64,000 bases of DNA from Myxococcota bacterium (lineage in GTDB: Bacteria > Myxococcota_A > UBA9160 > UBA4427), in assembly GCA_036336835.1 (NCBI GenBank), contig JAYZFK010000062.1:160001-224000 (forward strand), given 5' to 3'. The number at the start of each line of letters is the position of its first letter. Position 1 is the stretch's first letter. The notes beneath the pieces were generated by a model. That model searched no databases and had not been told where the DNA came from. It was given only the letters and a program-made list of their open reading frames with translations. This document shows, in pieces, positions 34,664-46,316 of this stretch. A program made the position numbers and the translations under genes.

Positions 34664-35208
34664 TGCGAGCCACCGTCGCCGCGCGGCGCTATGCACGTGC
34701 CGTGTTTGCCCTGGCGCGCGAGACGAACTCGCTGACCGACGTGCGTCTCGAGATCGACGAGTTTGCGGCACTGTTGTCGTCCGAGAAGGTGCTGCGCGAT
34801 GCGCTGCTGACGCCGCTCCATCCCGCCTCGGAGCGCAAGGCTGTGGTCTCGGCGATCGCGGCGCGCGCGGGGCTCTCGACTTCGCTGCGTCACTTCCTGT
34901 TGTTCCTGATCGATCAGCGACGGCTGGTCAATTTCGAGGCAATCCACGCCGAGTTCGAGCGGCTGGCCAATGAGGCGTCGGGCCTCGTCACCGCCGAGGT
35001 CGTTGCAGCCGGTGCACTCGACGAGCGCCGGCAGGACCGTCTGCGACGCGCCCTGTCCGACCGCACCGGTCAGGAAGTGCGTCTCGATATCCGAGTCGAT
35101 TCGAACCTGATTGGGGGTGCGATCGCCACCGTTGGCGACACGGTGTTCGACGGCAGCCTCCGCACACAGCTCGAGCGGCTACACGCCAATCTCACGAAGG
35201 GAACCTGA
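34663..35208 (+). CDS. atpH: ATP synthase F1 subunit delta
   Basis: ARRYARA, VDSNLIGG..VGDTVFDGSLRTQL. Confidence 0.94.
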   Translation: MRATVAARRYARAVFALARETNSLTDVRLEIDEFAALLSSEKVLRDALLTPLHPASERKAVVSAIAARAGLSTSLRHFLLFLIDQRRLVNFEAIHAEFERLANEASGLVTAEVVAAGALDERRQDRLRRALSDRTGQEVRLDIRVDSNLIGGAIATVGDTVFDGSLRTQLERLHANLTKGT

Positions 35209-35211
35209 GCG

Positions 35212-36762
35212 ATGGACATCAAGCCGGGTGAGATCACCGAGATCCTCAAGCGAGAGATCCGCGACTACGATCGCGAGATCGACGTTGCCGAGACGGGCAC
35301 CGTACTGAGTGCGGGCGATGGCATTGCTCGCGTCTACGGCCTGGAGAAGGCGCTTGCCGGCGAGCTCGTCGAGTTCCCGGGCGGCGTCAACGGGATGGTG
35401 CTCAACCTCGAAGAAGACAACGTCGGCATCGCCGTAATGGGCGAGGCCGCCCATATCAAGGAAGGTGATCTGGTGCGCCGGACCGGGCGCATCGTCGAGG
35501 TCCAGGTCGGCGAAGGCCTGCTCGGCCGTGTGCTCGACGGCCTCGGCCAGCCGATCGATGGCAAGGGACCGGTCGAGAGCAGCGAGTCGCGCCGCATCGA
35601 GGTCAAGGCGCCGGGCATCGTGACCCGCAAGTCGGTCAGCGAGCCGTTGATGACCGGCGTCAAGGCGATCGATGCGATGACGCCCATTGGCCGGGGCCAG
35701 CGCGAATTGATCATCGGCGACCGTCAGACGGGCAAGACCGCGATCGCAATCGACACGATCATCAACCAGAAGGACACCGACGTCTTCTGCATCTACGTGG
35801 CCACGGGCCAGAAGCAGTCGACCGTGGCCCAGGTGGTCGACAAGCTCACGCAACACGGTGCCATGGACTACACGATCATCGTTGCTGCGACGGCAGCGGA
35901 CCCTGCTCCGCTGCAGTTTCTGTCGCCGTACACCGGCTGCACGATGGGCGAGTGGTTCCGCGACAACGGTAAGCATGCGCTGATCATCTACGACGATCTC
36001 TCCAAGCAGGCGGTTTCCTATCGTCAGCTCTCGCTCCTGCTGCGCCGGCCGCCGGGCCGTGAGGCCTACCCGGGCGACGTCTTCTATCTGCACTCGCGGC
36101 TGCTCGAACGCGCCGCAAAGCTCGATGATTCCCTGGGCGGCGGTAGCCTGACGGCGCTGCCCATCATCGAGACACAGGCGGGCGACGTGTCGGCGTACAT
36201 CCCGACCAACGTCATCTCGATCACCGACGGCCAGATCTTCCTCGAGACCGATCTGTTCAACTCGGGCATCCGACCCGCGGTGAACGTCGGACTGTCGGTG
36301 TCGCGGGTGGGCGGCGCCGCACAGACCAAGGCGATGAAGTCGGTCGCAGGGACGCTCAAGCTCAGCCTGGCGCAGTACCGGGAGATGGCCGCCTTCTCGC
36401 AGTTCGGCTCGGACCTGGACAAGACCACGCAGGAGCAGCTCGCCAACGGCGAACGCCAGACGGAGATCCTCAAGCAGCCACAGTACGCACCGCTCAAGAT
36501 GGAAGAGCAGGTGGTGTCGATCTACGCGGCGACGCCGCAACGAAACCGCGACTCGTGGGTGCGCGGGCTCGAGATCGAAGACATCAGCCGCTATGAGGCC
36601 GAGATGCTCGACTTCGTGCGCTCGAGCCACGGCGAGGTCCTCGCGGATATCCGCAGCTCCGGGAAGCTCGAGGAGGAGGCGGAGCAGAAACTGATCGGGG
36701 CGCTCGATGCGTTTGCGGACGTGTTCCAGTCCAGCACCGGTGGTGCGACCGAGGCCGCCTGA
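35212..36762 (+). CDS. atpA: ATP synthase F1 subunit alpha
   Basis: [31 protein letters not shown]. Confidence 0.99.
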   Translation: MDIKPGEITEILKREIRDYDREIDVAETGTVLSAGDGIARVYGLEKALAGELVEFPGGVNGMVLNLEEDNVGIAVMGEAAHIKEGDLVRRTGRIVEVQVGEGLLGRVLDGLGQPIDGKGPVESSESRRIEVKAPGIVTRKSVSEPLMTGVKAIDAMTPIGRGQRELIIGDRQTGKTAIAIDTIINQKDTDVFCIYVATGQKQSTVAQVVDKLTQHGAMDYTIIVAATAADPAPLQFLSPYTGCTMGEWFRDNGKHALIIYDDLSKQAVSYRQLSLLLRRPPGREAYPGDVFYLHSRLLERAAKLDDSLGGGSLTALPIIETQAGDVSAYIPTNVISITDGQIFLETDLFNSGIRPAVNVGLSVSRVGGAAQTKAMKSVAGTLKLSLAQYREMAAFSQFGSDLDKTTQEQLANGERQTEILKQPQYAPLKMEEQVVSIYAATPQRNRDSWVRGLEIEDISRYEAEMLDFVRSSHGEVLADIRSSGKLEEEAEQKLIGALDAFADVFQSSTGGATEAA

Positions 36763-36764
36763 CT

Positions 36765-37631
36765 GTGGCGAACCTGAAGGACATCAAGCGCCGGATCGGC
36801 AGCGTCGAGAAGACGCAGCAGATCACGTCCGCGATGCGGATGGTCGCTGCAGCCAAGCTGCGGCGGGCCGAGGCTGCGATCCGGTCTGCGCGACCGTACG
36901 CCGAGCGCATGAAGCGCACTCTCGGCGAGCTCGCAGCTGCTGGCGGCGTCGAGCATCCGCTGCTCGAGGAGCGTGCAGAGATCAAGCGACTCGAAGTCGT
37001 CGCCATCACCTCGGACCGGGGCCTGGCCGGCGCCTTCAACGCGAGCGTGCTGAAGGCCGCCGAGGTGGTGATCGCTGCTCGCTCCGGCGGCATCGACGAG
37101 CTGTTCGTCACCGCGATTGGGCGCAAGGCGGGCGAGCACATGAGGCGCAGACACGCGGCTCAGCTGCGCGAGGTGATCGAGACCGGCTCGGGCTGGATCG
37201 AGTACGAATGGGCAGCGGTGATCGCGCGTCGGCTGGCCGACCGCTACGCCAGCGGTGCGGCCGACGAGATCGTCGTCGTCTACAACGAGTTCAAGAGCGT
37301 GATGACACAGACGCCTGTCACGGTGCAGCTGCTGCCCCTCGCGCCCGAAGACGACGCGATCGACGTCGATGCTCTTCCCTATACGTTCGAGCCGAGCGCC
37401 GAGAAGCTGCTCGCCACGCTCGTGCCCCGCGCGATCGAGGTGGAGATCTTCCGCGCCGTGCTCGAGAACCAGGCCGGTGAGCACGCCGCGCGGATGACCG
37501 CGATGGAGAGCGCAACGCGCAACACCAAGGATCTGATCGAGTCGCTGACGCTCGAGTACAACCGCGCACGCCAGGCCGCGATCACCAAGGAGCTGGTGGA
37601 GATCGTATCCGGCGCGCAGGCTCTGGAATAG
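36765..37631 (+). CDS. atpG: ATP synthase F1 subunit gamma
   Basis: ITSAMRMVAAAKL, TSDRGLAGAFN, RARQAAITKEL. Confidence 0.98.
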   Translation: MANLKDIKRRIGSVEKTQQITSAMRMVAAAKLRRAEAAIRSARPYAERMKRTLGELAAAGGVEHPLLEERAEIKRLEVVAITSDRGLAGAFNASVLKAAEVVIAARSGGIDELFVTAIGRKAGEHMRRRHAAQLREVIETGSGWIEYEWAAVIARRLADRYASGAADEIVVVYNEFKSVMTQTPVTVQLLPLAPEDDAIDVDALPYTFEPSAEKLLATLVPRAIEVEIFRAVLENQAGEHAARMTAMESATRNTKDLIESLTLEYNRARQAAITKELVEIVSGAQALE

Positions 37632-39092
<1,461 letters not shown>

Positions 39093-39094
39093 TC

Positions 39095-39502
39095 ATGGGG
39101 CTGCAGCTCACGGTCGTGACGCCGGAAGGCCAGGCCTACGACGGCGAGGTCGAGCAGGTCGTGCTGCCGGGCACGGAGGGCGACTTTGGCGTGCTCGAAC
39201 GGCACGAGCGTTTCCTGACCTCGTTGCGCCCCGGTGTGCTCGAGATCCTCCGGAGCGGGGGCAGCGAATGGGCCGCCACGAGCGATGGGTTTGCCGACGT
39301 CGGCGGCGACAAGGTGACCGTGCTGGTTTCGCGCTGTGATTTGAAGGCGGACCTCGACAGCGCGGTGATCGCGGGCGAGATCAGCGAGCTCGAGGCGGGT
39401 CTCGATCAGCTGTCCGGCTCGGACCAGGACGCGTCCGAGCGCGCTGAGCTCGAGCTTCAGCTCGCTGCCGCAAGGGTCCGGCTGGAAGTCGCCAACAAGT
39501 AA
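39095..39502 (+). CDS. atpC: ATP synthase F1 subunit epsilon
   Basis: VVTPEG, LPGTEGDFGVL..H. Confidence 0.93.
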   Translation: MGLQLTVVTPEGQAYDGEVEQVVLPGTEGDFGVLERHERFLTSLRPGVLEILRSGGSEWAATSDGFADVGGDKVTVLVSRCDLKADLDSAVIAGEISELEAGLDQLSGSDQDASERAELELQLAAARVRLEVANK

Positions 39503-39532
39503 AAGGTTCCGGGTTCGCGTCCTCCGGCGCTG

Positions 39533-40093
39533 CTAGCGGCGGGCGGACAGCTTGAGCTTGACCCGTCCGCCCTCGACCACGACGCGGAAGTCGACTTCGT
39601 CGCACCCGAGCTTCTCGCGAACGGCGACCGCTTGCCTGGCCACCACCCGCTCGAGCCTCTCCGGTGTGAGCGCTGTGACGTCCTGACCACATGCAAGGGC
39701 TGCGTCCCGGTAGTCCTCGAACAGGTCGCGAGGGCCTCCAGCCGCCGCCTTCCCTTGGTGCTTCGGCGCGTCGCGCTGTGCGATTCCGCGCTCGCGTTCA
39801 TGCAGTCCGGCCTTGAAGAGGTGGCGCTTGTAGGTGCCGTTCTCGATCTCGCGCAACGTATTGTCCCAGCGCCGCTTGAAGGTCTGGAAGCGCGAGTGGA
39901 TGCTGCCGAACCGGAAGCGCAGCGCGGTGTTCGGAATCGGCCTGGCAAGTTGCTGATGGAACAGCTTCTGCACTTCGTCCCGCAGCCGTTGGGGCGCGCG
40001 GGGACGGCTGCCGAGGAAGTACTGCTCGTAGGCGCGCTCGAGCTGCTTCACCTTCGATTCGATGGCGAGAAGGCCCTCTCCAGCAGTCGCCAC
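39533..40093 (-). CDS. MXAN_5187 C-terminal-domain-like protein
   Basis: YEQYFLG..P, NTALRFRF, WDNTLREIENG, VDFRVVVEGGRVKLK (recalled family pattern). Confidence 0.75.
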   Translation of the reverse strand: MATAGEGLLAIESKVKQLERAYEQYFLGSRPRAPQRLRDEVQKLFHQQLARPIPNTALRFRFGSIHSRFQTFKRRWDNTLREIENGTYKRHLFKAGLHERERGIAQRDAPKHQGKAAAGGPRDLFEDYRDAALACGQDVTALTPERLERVVARQAVAVREKLGCDEVDFRVVVEGGRVKLKLSARR

Positions 40094-40185
40094 CTGACCA
40101 CCTCCCAAATCGGGTCCATCGACGCTCAGATCGGGTCTCTTTAGCTACACTTTGGTGGCTTGGCGGGGTTGCCGATACGCTGCGT

Positions 40186-41430
40186 GTGGCCCGAATCCTC
40201 TTCAGCAACGCAAGCTTGCTCGATCCGGAGGGCCGCGGCCCGATCTCGCAGGGCTGGCTGCTCGTCGAGGACGGCAGGATTGCGGAAACCGGTGAAGGGG
40301 AGCCCCCGAAGGGAATCGAGGCCCGGGTTCTCGATCTCGACGGCATGAACTTGGCTCCGGGCTTCATCGACCTGCACTTCCACGGCGACCTGGCTTCGGC
40401 GCGTGGGACGGACCTCGCCCCAACCCTCCGCGACACCGCGTGGAGCCTCGCCAGCCGGGGTACCACGGCGTTTCTGGCCACCACGGTGTCGCTGCAGATC
40501 GATCAACTCGTCGACTTCGTGACCCAGATCGCCCCCCTGACGCCGGATGCCGGGGTCGGGGCGAGCTGTCTCGGGATCCATCTCGAAGGCCCCTGGATTC
40601 ACCCCCAGCTCGCGGGCGCACACGAGGCCGTCAACATCCGTCCCTACCAGAGTGGCGAGGCCCGTGAGCTGATCGCCCGGGCCGATCACTCGCTGGCGAT
40701 GGTGACACTCGCGCCCGAGGTGGCGGGAGGGCTCACCGCTGTCGAGCAGCTGCGCCACGCGGGTCTGGTGGTGGCGATCGGTCACTCCCGGGCCGAGCCA
40801 CCCTGCATCGAGCAGGCCGTTGCACGCGGGATGACGCATGTCACGCACCTGTTCAACGCGATGACGCCAGCCCACCATCGCGACCTCGGCGTCGCCGGCT
40901 GTGGCCTGACCGACGACCGTTTGACCGCCGACCTGATCTGCGACGGGGTGCACGTCGACCCCAAGATGGTCCGCTTGGCGGCACGCGCCAAGGGCGATCG
41001 GCTGTGCCTGATCTCGGACCAGGTGGGTCGCGAGCTCGGCGGCCAGCGACTCCAGCGCGACGGCTGCGTCTGGCGGACGGCCGAAGGTCAGCTGGCGGGG
41101 AGCGCCATCCCGCTCGCGCAGTCGCTCGCTTGCTTCCTGGCCTACAGCGGCGTGGAGCTCCGCGAGGCCGTGGCGGCAGTGAGCCTGCGCCCGGCCCGCG
41201 TGCTGGGAATCGAGTCACAGCGCGGCACCCTGCGCAGGGGGGCGCGCGCGGACCTGGTGGTGCTCGATCGCGATCTGCGGGTCGACGCTACCTGGCTCGC
41301 CGGCCGCCGGCTCGAGCCCAGGTGCTCGGTCGTCGGGCGGGCGATCGTCTCGGGCCGCAGCAGCTCGGTGCCGCCGCCCGGGATCTCGAACGTCTCTGCG
41401 CCCCTGGCGTTGTCTCGCGTTGTGTCGTAG
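40186..41430 (+). CDS. nagA: N-acetylglucosamine-6-phosphate deacetylase
   Basis: PGFIDLHFHG, HLEGP, TLAPE, GHS, THLFNAM, DGVH, LAGS, GARADLV. Confidence 0.9.
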   Translation: MARILFSNASLLDPEGRGPISQGWLLVEDGRIAETGEGEPPKGIEARVLDLDGMNLAPGFIDLHFHGDLASARGTDLAPTLRDTAWSLASRGTTAFLATTVSLQIDQLVDFVTQIAPLTPDAGVGASCLGIHLEGPWIHPQLAGAHEAVNIRPYQSGEARELIARADHSLAMVTLAPEVAGGLTAVEQLRHAGLVVAIGHSRAEPPCIEQAVARGMTHVTHLFNAMTPAHHRDLGVAGCGLTDDRLTADLICDGVHVDPKMVRLAARAKGDRLCLISDQVGRELGGQRLQRDGCVWRTAEGQLAGSAIPLAQSLACFLAYSGVELREAVAAVSLRPARVLGIESQRGTLRRGARADLVVLDRDLRVDATWLAGRRLEPRCSVVGRAIVSGRSSSVPPPGISNVSAPLALSRVVS

Positions 41431-42410
41431 AGCGGGTTGCCGTCGATCTCGAAGCCGGCGTCGCGGATCATGCGGTAGGTCTGTCCGACGGGATCGCCGC
41501 GTGTCGTCAGGTAGCCATCGACGAACAAAGAGTTCGCCGGGTAGAGCGCCAGCGCTTCGAGTGAGCGGAGATGACCTTCGCGGCCCGCCGCAACCCGGAT
41601 CTCGGCAGCAGGGTTGACGAGTCGCATCAGGCATAACGTGCGCAGGCAGTGCTCGGGTGTCAACGATCCGTCGTCCGTGATCTGGTTGCCCTCGATGGGA
41701 ATCAGGAAGTTCACCGGGATCGATGGCACCTCGAGCTCGCGCAGGCGCAGCGCCACCTCGATCAGGTCCTTCGACGTCTCGCCCATCCCGACGATCAAGC
41801 CGCTGCAAGGCTCGATGCCGCACTGCTTGGCCGCTCGCAGTGTGTCGATGCGATCCTGGTAGGTGTGCGTCGAGCAGATCTTGTCGTAGTTGGTTTCACT
41901 GGTGTTCAGGTTGTGGTTCAATCGGTCGAGGCCCGCATCGGCCAGGATGCGCGCGTGCTCCGTGCCTAGCAATCCGATCGAGAGGCAGACTTCGATCGGG
42001 TACTGCTGCTTGACCTTGCGCACGATCTCGGCGAGCCGCTTCGCACCCGCGATCGTCGGGCCGCGGCCGGACATCACCATGCAGTAGCGGCTGGCTCCAG
42101 CACGCGCCGCGGCCTCGGCCTCGGCCAGGATCTCATGCTCGCTCTTCATCGAGTACTTGCGGATCGGCGCGGTCGAGTCCTTGTTCTGCGAGCAGTAGCC
42201 GCAGTCCTCGGGGCACAGGCCGTTCTGCACGTTGTTGAGCACGTGCACCATCACCCTGCGGCCGAAGTGCTTGCGGCGTGGCGCGAAGGCGGCCTGAAGC
42301 AACGGGAGCAGATCGAGGTCGTCGCCTTCGAGGATCCACAGGCACTGCGCTTCGCTGGGCGCGTCGCCCGCGCAGGCGCGCTCGGCCAGTGCTGCATAGG
42401 GTTCGAGCAT
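41142..42410 (-). CDS. bioB: Biotin synthase (radical SAM) with extended C-terminus
   Basis: CPEDCGYCSQ, NHNLNTS, CSGLIVGMGE, SIPVNFL, ANSLF..GYLTT. Confidence 0.96.
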   Translation of the reverse strand: MLEPYAALAERACAGDAPSEAQCLWILEGDDLDLLPLLQAAFAPRRKHFGRRVMVHVLNNVQNGLCPEDCGYCSQNKDSTAPIRKYSMKSEHEILAEAEAAARAGASRYCMVMSGRGPTIAGAKRLAEIVRKVKQQYPIEVCLSIGLLGTEHARILADAGLDRLNHNLNTSETNYDKICSTHTYQDRIDTLRAAKQCGIEPCSGLIVGMGETSKDLIEVALRLRELEVPSIPVNFLIPIEGNQITDDGSLTPEHCLRTLCLMRLVNPAAEIRVAAGREGHLRSLEALALYPANSLFVDGYLTTRGDPVGQTYRMIRDAGFEIDGNPLYDTTRDNARGAETFEIPGGGTELLRPETIARPTTEHLGSSRRPASQVASTRRSRSSTTRSARAPLRRVPRCDSIPSTRAGRRLTAATASRSSTPL

Positions 42411-42461
42411 TCGGGGCCCCTTTCCACCTTCGATCGATCGCGGCGGCCCAGGCTAGCGCAC

Positions 42462-42491
42462 TGTCAACCGTGCCTTGATGGAAGGTCGACA
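42462..42491. promoter_or_regulatory. BirA-type biotin operator
   Basis: TGTCAACC-N14-GGTCGACA about 50 bp upstream of bioB. Confidence 0.7.
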
Positions 42492-42562
42492 GGTCGTTGT
42501 GAACCCGCGGTCGCGCGGGCGTGAACTCGCGTCAACTGTTTGATTTCACTTTACTTTCTACT

Positions 42563-42590
42563 TTGACAGACGATCGGCCGCTGCTAGGCT
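42563..42590 (+). promoter_or_regulatory. Sigma70-type promoter candidate for ispB
   Basis: TTGACA-N16-TAGGCT preceded by an AT-rich tract. Confidence 0.45.
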
Positions 42591-42599
42591 CGCGGGCCC

Positions 42600-43658
42600 A
42601 TGGCCGAACATCCCCCGCAGCGGCGCAGCGAGGCGACGGATGAGCGCGCCGCCCACCTGATTGCGCTGGTCTTCGAGGGTGTGGCGGAGAGCCTGCGCCA
42701 GGTCGAGCACGCACTCCACGATCAGCTCGATTCCGAGGCCGAACTGATCGGCACGATCGGAGATCACGTCTTCGCGTCGGGCGGCAAACGCCTGCGCCCG
42801 GCCCTGCTGTGCCTGGCTGCCGAGATGTGCGGTTACACCGGCCCGCGCCGGATCCAGCTCGCCGCAGCGCTCGAGCTCGTCCACAGTGCCACGCTGTTGC
42901 ACGATGACGTGGTCGATCTCGCGACCGTGCGTCGTGGCAAGCCGGCGGCGAACGTGGTCTGGGGCAACAAGCGCTCGATCCTGGCCGGTGACTTCCTCTA
43001 CGCCCGTGCCTCGAGAATGGTCGTCGAGGACGGCAGCGCCTCGGTCCTGCGCATCTTTACCCGGTGCATGCAGGCGATGTCGGAAGGCGAGCTGCTACAG
43101 CTCGAGCGCAGCTTCGATGCGGATGTGCCCGAAGCCCACTACTACAAGGTGATCGAGCGCAAGAGCGCCACGCTGCTCAGTGCCGCCTGCGAGTGTGGTG
43201 CAGTGGTTGCGGGCGTAACGCGCGCAGAGCAGCGGCGCGTGGCTGAGTTCGGGCGCGAGCTCGGGCTTGCGTTCCAGATTCGCGACGACGCGCTCGACTA
43301 CGAAGCCGACGAGCGCGAGCTCGGCAAGCACCGCTACGCGGATCTGCGAGAGGGCAAGGTGACGCTACCGCTGCTGCTCGCGCTCAAGCGTTGTACCACC
43401 GGTGAACGCGAGATGGTCTCGTCGCTGCTCAAGACGCTCGCGGCCGAGGCGCTCGAGTACGGCGAGGCACAGCGCGCGGTCGACGAGATTGCGCCGGCGC
43501 TCGAGCTGGTGCGCCGGTATCGCGCGATCGACGACACGATGCGCCGTGCCGAGGAACACGTTCAGCAGGCCACCGAGGCCATCGCCCCGTTCGAGGACGG
43601 ACCGGCCAAGCAGGCTCTGCTCGCCGCCGCCGCCTTTGCCGCAATGCGCGATCGCTGA
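42600..43658 (+). CDS. ispB: Long-chain polyprenyl diphosphate synthase (IspB-like)
   Basis: GGKRLRP, LLHDDVVD..RRG, GDFL, FQIRDD.LD, DLREGKVTLP. Confidence 0.9.
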   Translation: MAEHPPQRRSEATDERAAHLIALVFEGVAESLRQVEHALHDQLDSEAELIGTIGDHVFASGGKRLRPALLCLAAEMCGYTGPRRIQLAAALELVHSATLLHDDVVDLATVRRGKPAANVVWGNKRSILAGDFLYARASRMVVEDGSASVLRIFTRCMQAMSEGELLQLERSFDADVPEAHYYKVIERKSATLLSAACECGAVVAGVTRAEQRRVAEFGRELGLAFQIRDDALDYEADERELGKHRYADLREGKVTLPLLLALKRCTTGEREMVSSLLKTLAAEALEYGEAQRAVDEIAPALELVRRYRAIDDTMRRAEEHVQQATEAIAPFEDGPAKQALLAAAAFAAMRDR

Positions 43659-43698
43659 TCGCGACCCTCACCCCCGCGGTCCCGCGGAGAAACTCGAG

Positions 43699-44022
43699 AT
43701 GAAGAGCATGAACCGAGGACGCTCGGTGCGGGCAGTGCTGCCCGTACTCGCGGTGGCCCTGCTGGTTGCGCTGGCCCAGCCCGCGTTCGCAGCCGAGCCG
43801 CTTTCCGGCGTCGTCAACGTCAATATCGCCAGTGTCGAGGAGCTCGTGCTGCTCCCCGGCATTGGCGAGAGCCGTGCGAAGGCGATCGTCGCCCTGCGCG
43901 AGAACCGGGGTGGCTTCGACAGCGTCGATGAGCTGGTCGACGTGAAGGGGATCGGCAACGCCATGCTGGCGAAGCTCCGTCCCTATGTGAGCCTCGAGGG
44001 CAGGACGACCGCGGTTCGCTGA
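43699..44022 (+). CDS. comEA: ComEA-like helix-hairpin-helix DNA-binding protein with signal peptide
   Basis: VNVNIASVEELVLLPGIG..A..I...R...G.F..VDEL..VKGIG. Confidence 0.85.
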   Translation: MKSMNRGRSVRAVLPVLAVALLVALAQPAFAAEPLSGVVNVNIASVEELVLLPGIGESRAKAIVALRENRGGFDSVDELVDVKGIGNAMLAKLRPYVSLEGRTTAVR

Positions 44023-44048
44023 GGGCGTCCCGAGCATCGAGAGTGCAC

Positions 44049-44076
44049 GGGTGTCGGGGCGCACGCCCCGACACCC
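44049..44076. terminator. GC-rich hairpin between convergent genes
   Basis: GGGTGTCGGGGC-GCAC-GCCCCGACACCC, perfect 12-bp stem; no U-tract. Confidence 0.55.
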
Positions 44077-44144
44077 CAGCGCTAGCGGTGTCTGGATCGG
44101 AGCAGGCGAGCGCTCTCACCGCTGCAGGTCAGCAGGCCGTGCAG

Positions 44145-45338
44145 TCAGTCGCGCAGCCCACTGCCCATCAGATCGACGAAGTTGTCGGCGTAGAAGCGCT
44201 GGCGCGTGGCTTCGCTGACCTCGCCGAGACTGCGTTCGAATCGCTCGAAGGGGCGCCGCCCGCCCTCGACGTGGGGATAGTCGGTCGAGAACATGCAGAT
44301 CTCGGGCCCGATCTGCTCGGTGATCCAGCCGACATCCTCCGTCGGGTAGGGGGTGACCCGAACCTGGCGCTGGACGTACTCGCCGGGTCGCAGCGACAGC
44401 CGCTCGAGCCGCTCCTCGTGGCGTCCGAAGGCCTCGACCGCCGACTCCATCTGGCGCAGCCAGCTCGGCAGCCAGATGGCTCCCTGTTCGATCACGCCGA
44501 ACCGCAGCGCGGGAAACCGCTCGAGCACGCCGTCGAAGATCAGGGTGGCGAGCGTCTGCATGGGAGGCCCGGGGATCCCCATGTAGTCGACCGAGCGGAA
44601 GTTCTCTTCGCCGCCGTGGAAGTCCGGCGGAATCGGCAGGCCGTTCTGAAAGTAGTTGGGATCGATCAGATCGGGGGTGCCGCCCACGTGGAAGACGATC
44701 GGGATCCGCGCCTCCTGTGCCAGAGCCCAGAGGGGATCGAGGCCGATGTGGCTCGGCGAGTGCCCCGCTGGGCAGCCCGACGCGACCAGCAGCGCGGCCG
44801 CGCCCAGCTCGAGGGATTCTGCCGCGATGGCGCGGGTCCGCTCGAAGTCGGCCAGGGGCACATAGCAGGTGGGAAGCAGCCGCGCGTCCACAGAGCAGAA
44901 CTCCAGCATGCCGCGGTTGTGGGCGCGTGCCACGCCATAGGCGAGGTCGAGGTCGCCGCTGTGCTCCCAGTCGTGCAAGCGCCGGTTGTGGAAGGTGTTG
45001 AAGACGAGCTGACTCGCGACGCCGATCAGGTCGAGGGCGCGCGGTCGGTCCTCCGGAAGGAACGAGCCGGTTGCGGCGAAGTTCTTCCGGTTCATGATCT
45101 CCGATGCTTCGTCGCTGCGATACTCCTCGGAGGCGTGCTTCTCGGTGATCCTCGCGAAGGCGGCGTCGATATCGGCGAGCTGCGTCTCGTTGTCGCCGGT
45201 CTGGCGTAGCTCGTTGACGTAGCCCGGGGGCTCGATGCGGTCGCGGATCGCCGGGTCGGAGTGGTCGCGGAGCCAGGTCGGTGTCTCCAGGATGTGGGCA
45301 TCGGCGTCGTGGACGCGTCGGTCGTCGATGTAGGGCAT
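44145..45338 (-). CDS. Amidohydrolase family protein
   Basis: HDADAHILE, VFHVG, FSTDYPHVEG. Confidence 0.88.
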   Translation of the reverse strand: MPYIDDRRVHDADAHILETPTWLRDHSDPAIRDRIEPPGYVNELRQTGDNETQLADIDAAFARITEKHASEEYRSDEASEIMNRKNFAATGSFLPEDRPRALDLIGVASQLVFNTFHNRRLHDWEHSGDLDLAYGVARAHNRGMLEFCSVDARLLPTCYVPLADFERTRAIAAESLELGAAALLVASGCPAGHSPSHIGLDPLWALAQEARIPIVFHVGGTPDLIDPNYFQNGLPIPPDFHGGEENFRSVDYMGIPGPPMQTLATLIFDGVLERFPALRFGVIEQGAIWLPSWLRQMESAVEAFGRHEERLERLSLRPGEYVQRQVRVTPYPTEDVGWITEQIGPEICMFSTDYPHVEGGRRPFERFERSLGEVSEATRQRFYADNFVDLMGSGLRD

Positions 45339-45425
45339 GGCGAAATGGAGGGTAGCGTCGCGGACCTCGGGTGGCGCAGCAGGTGGCGCTGGGCTTCCGA
45401 TGCGTCTCACCTAGACTCCCTCACC

Positions 45426-46316
45426 ATGTTCTCTGGTCTGCTTCGCGCTCTGGCCGTGTGCCTGGGCCTGATGCAAGCGTCGCCGTCGTTCGCGGCCGAT
45501 GGGCCCGCGACGGCTCGTCGTGTGGTTTCACTCAACCCTTCGCTGTCCCAGATCCTGCTCGAGCTCGACGCGCGTGAGGTGCTGGTCGGAGTCGATGCGC
45601 TCTCGAAACGGCTGCGACCCGAGCTCGCGGAGCTGCCGAGCGTGGGAGGGCTGTTCGATCCCAGTCTCGAGGCTGTGGTCGCGCTCGAGCCAGATCTGGT
45701 GGTGCTCGTACCGAGCGTCGAGCAGCGCGACTTTCGCGGGCGGCTCGATGCGCTCGGCGTGCGGACGGTCGGGTTCCGCAACATTCAATTCGAGGAGGTG
45801 CTGGGCAACATCGCAAACCTCGGCGCGCTGGTCGGCCGCACGCCGGACGCCGCACGCCGGATCGCCGCCATCCGGGCGACGCGGGCGGCGGTGGAAGGCG
45901 CCGTAGCGACGCGCGAGCGGGTGCGCTGCGTGGTGGTCCTGCAGCGTGATCCCGTCTTCCTGGCAGGGGGCGAGAGCTTCCTCGACGAGATGCTGACGAG
46001 CGCAGGCTGCGACAACCTCGCGCGCGAGCTTGGCGAAGGCTACCCGCGCGCCGCCCTCGAGTGGCTGGTCGGCACGGCGCCCGATGCGATCCTCGACATG
46101 AGCCTCGATGCGGCCGGAGACGGTGCCATCGACTACTGGGAGCGCTGGCCGACGCTTCCTGCAGTGGCGAACCGGCGCGTGCTGCGCCTCGATGCCGAGC
46201 TGGTGACGATGCCAGGTCCCGCCCTCGATCGCGCGTTGCGCAGCCTCGCGCGCGCCCTCCAGGGTGAGGCGATCGATGCCGCGATCGACGCGAAACTTGC
46301 CGAGGCGGCCAAGTGA
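45426..46316 (+). CDS. Helical-backbone periplasmic binding protein (BtuF/FepB type)
   Basis: Signal peptide, RVVSLNPS, PSLEAVVALEPDLV, PGP motif. Confidence 0.85.
   Translation: MFSGLLRALAVCLGLMQASPSFAADGPATARRVVSLNPSLSQILLELDAREVLVGVDALSKRLRPELAELPSVGGLFDPSLEAVVALEPDLVVLVPSVEQRDFRGRLDALGVRTVGFRNIQFEEVLGNIANLGALVGRTPDAARRIAAIRATRAAVEGAVATRERVRCVVVLQRDPVFLAGGESFLDEMLTSAGCDNLARELGEGYPRAALEWLVGTAPDAILDMSLDAAGDGAIDYWERWPTLPAVANRRVLRLDAELVTMPGPALDRALRSLARALQGEAIDAAIDAKLAEAAK

Noticed and set aside
45339..45425. Cobalamin riboswitch ahead of the BtuCDF-like operon
   Set aside because: The gap is under 90 bp and has no B12-box, so the substrate was left unassigned
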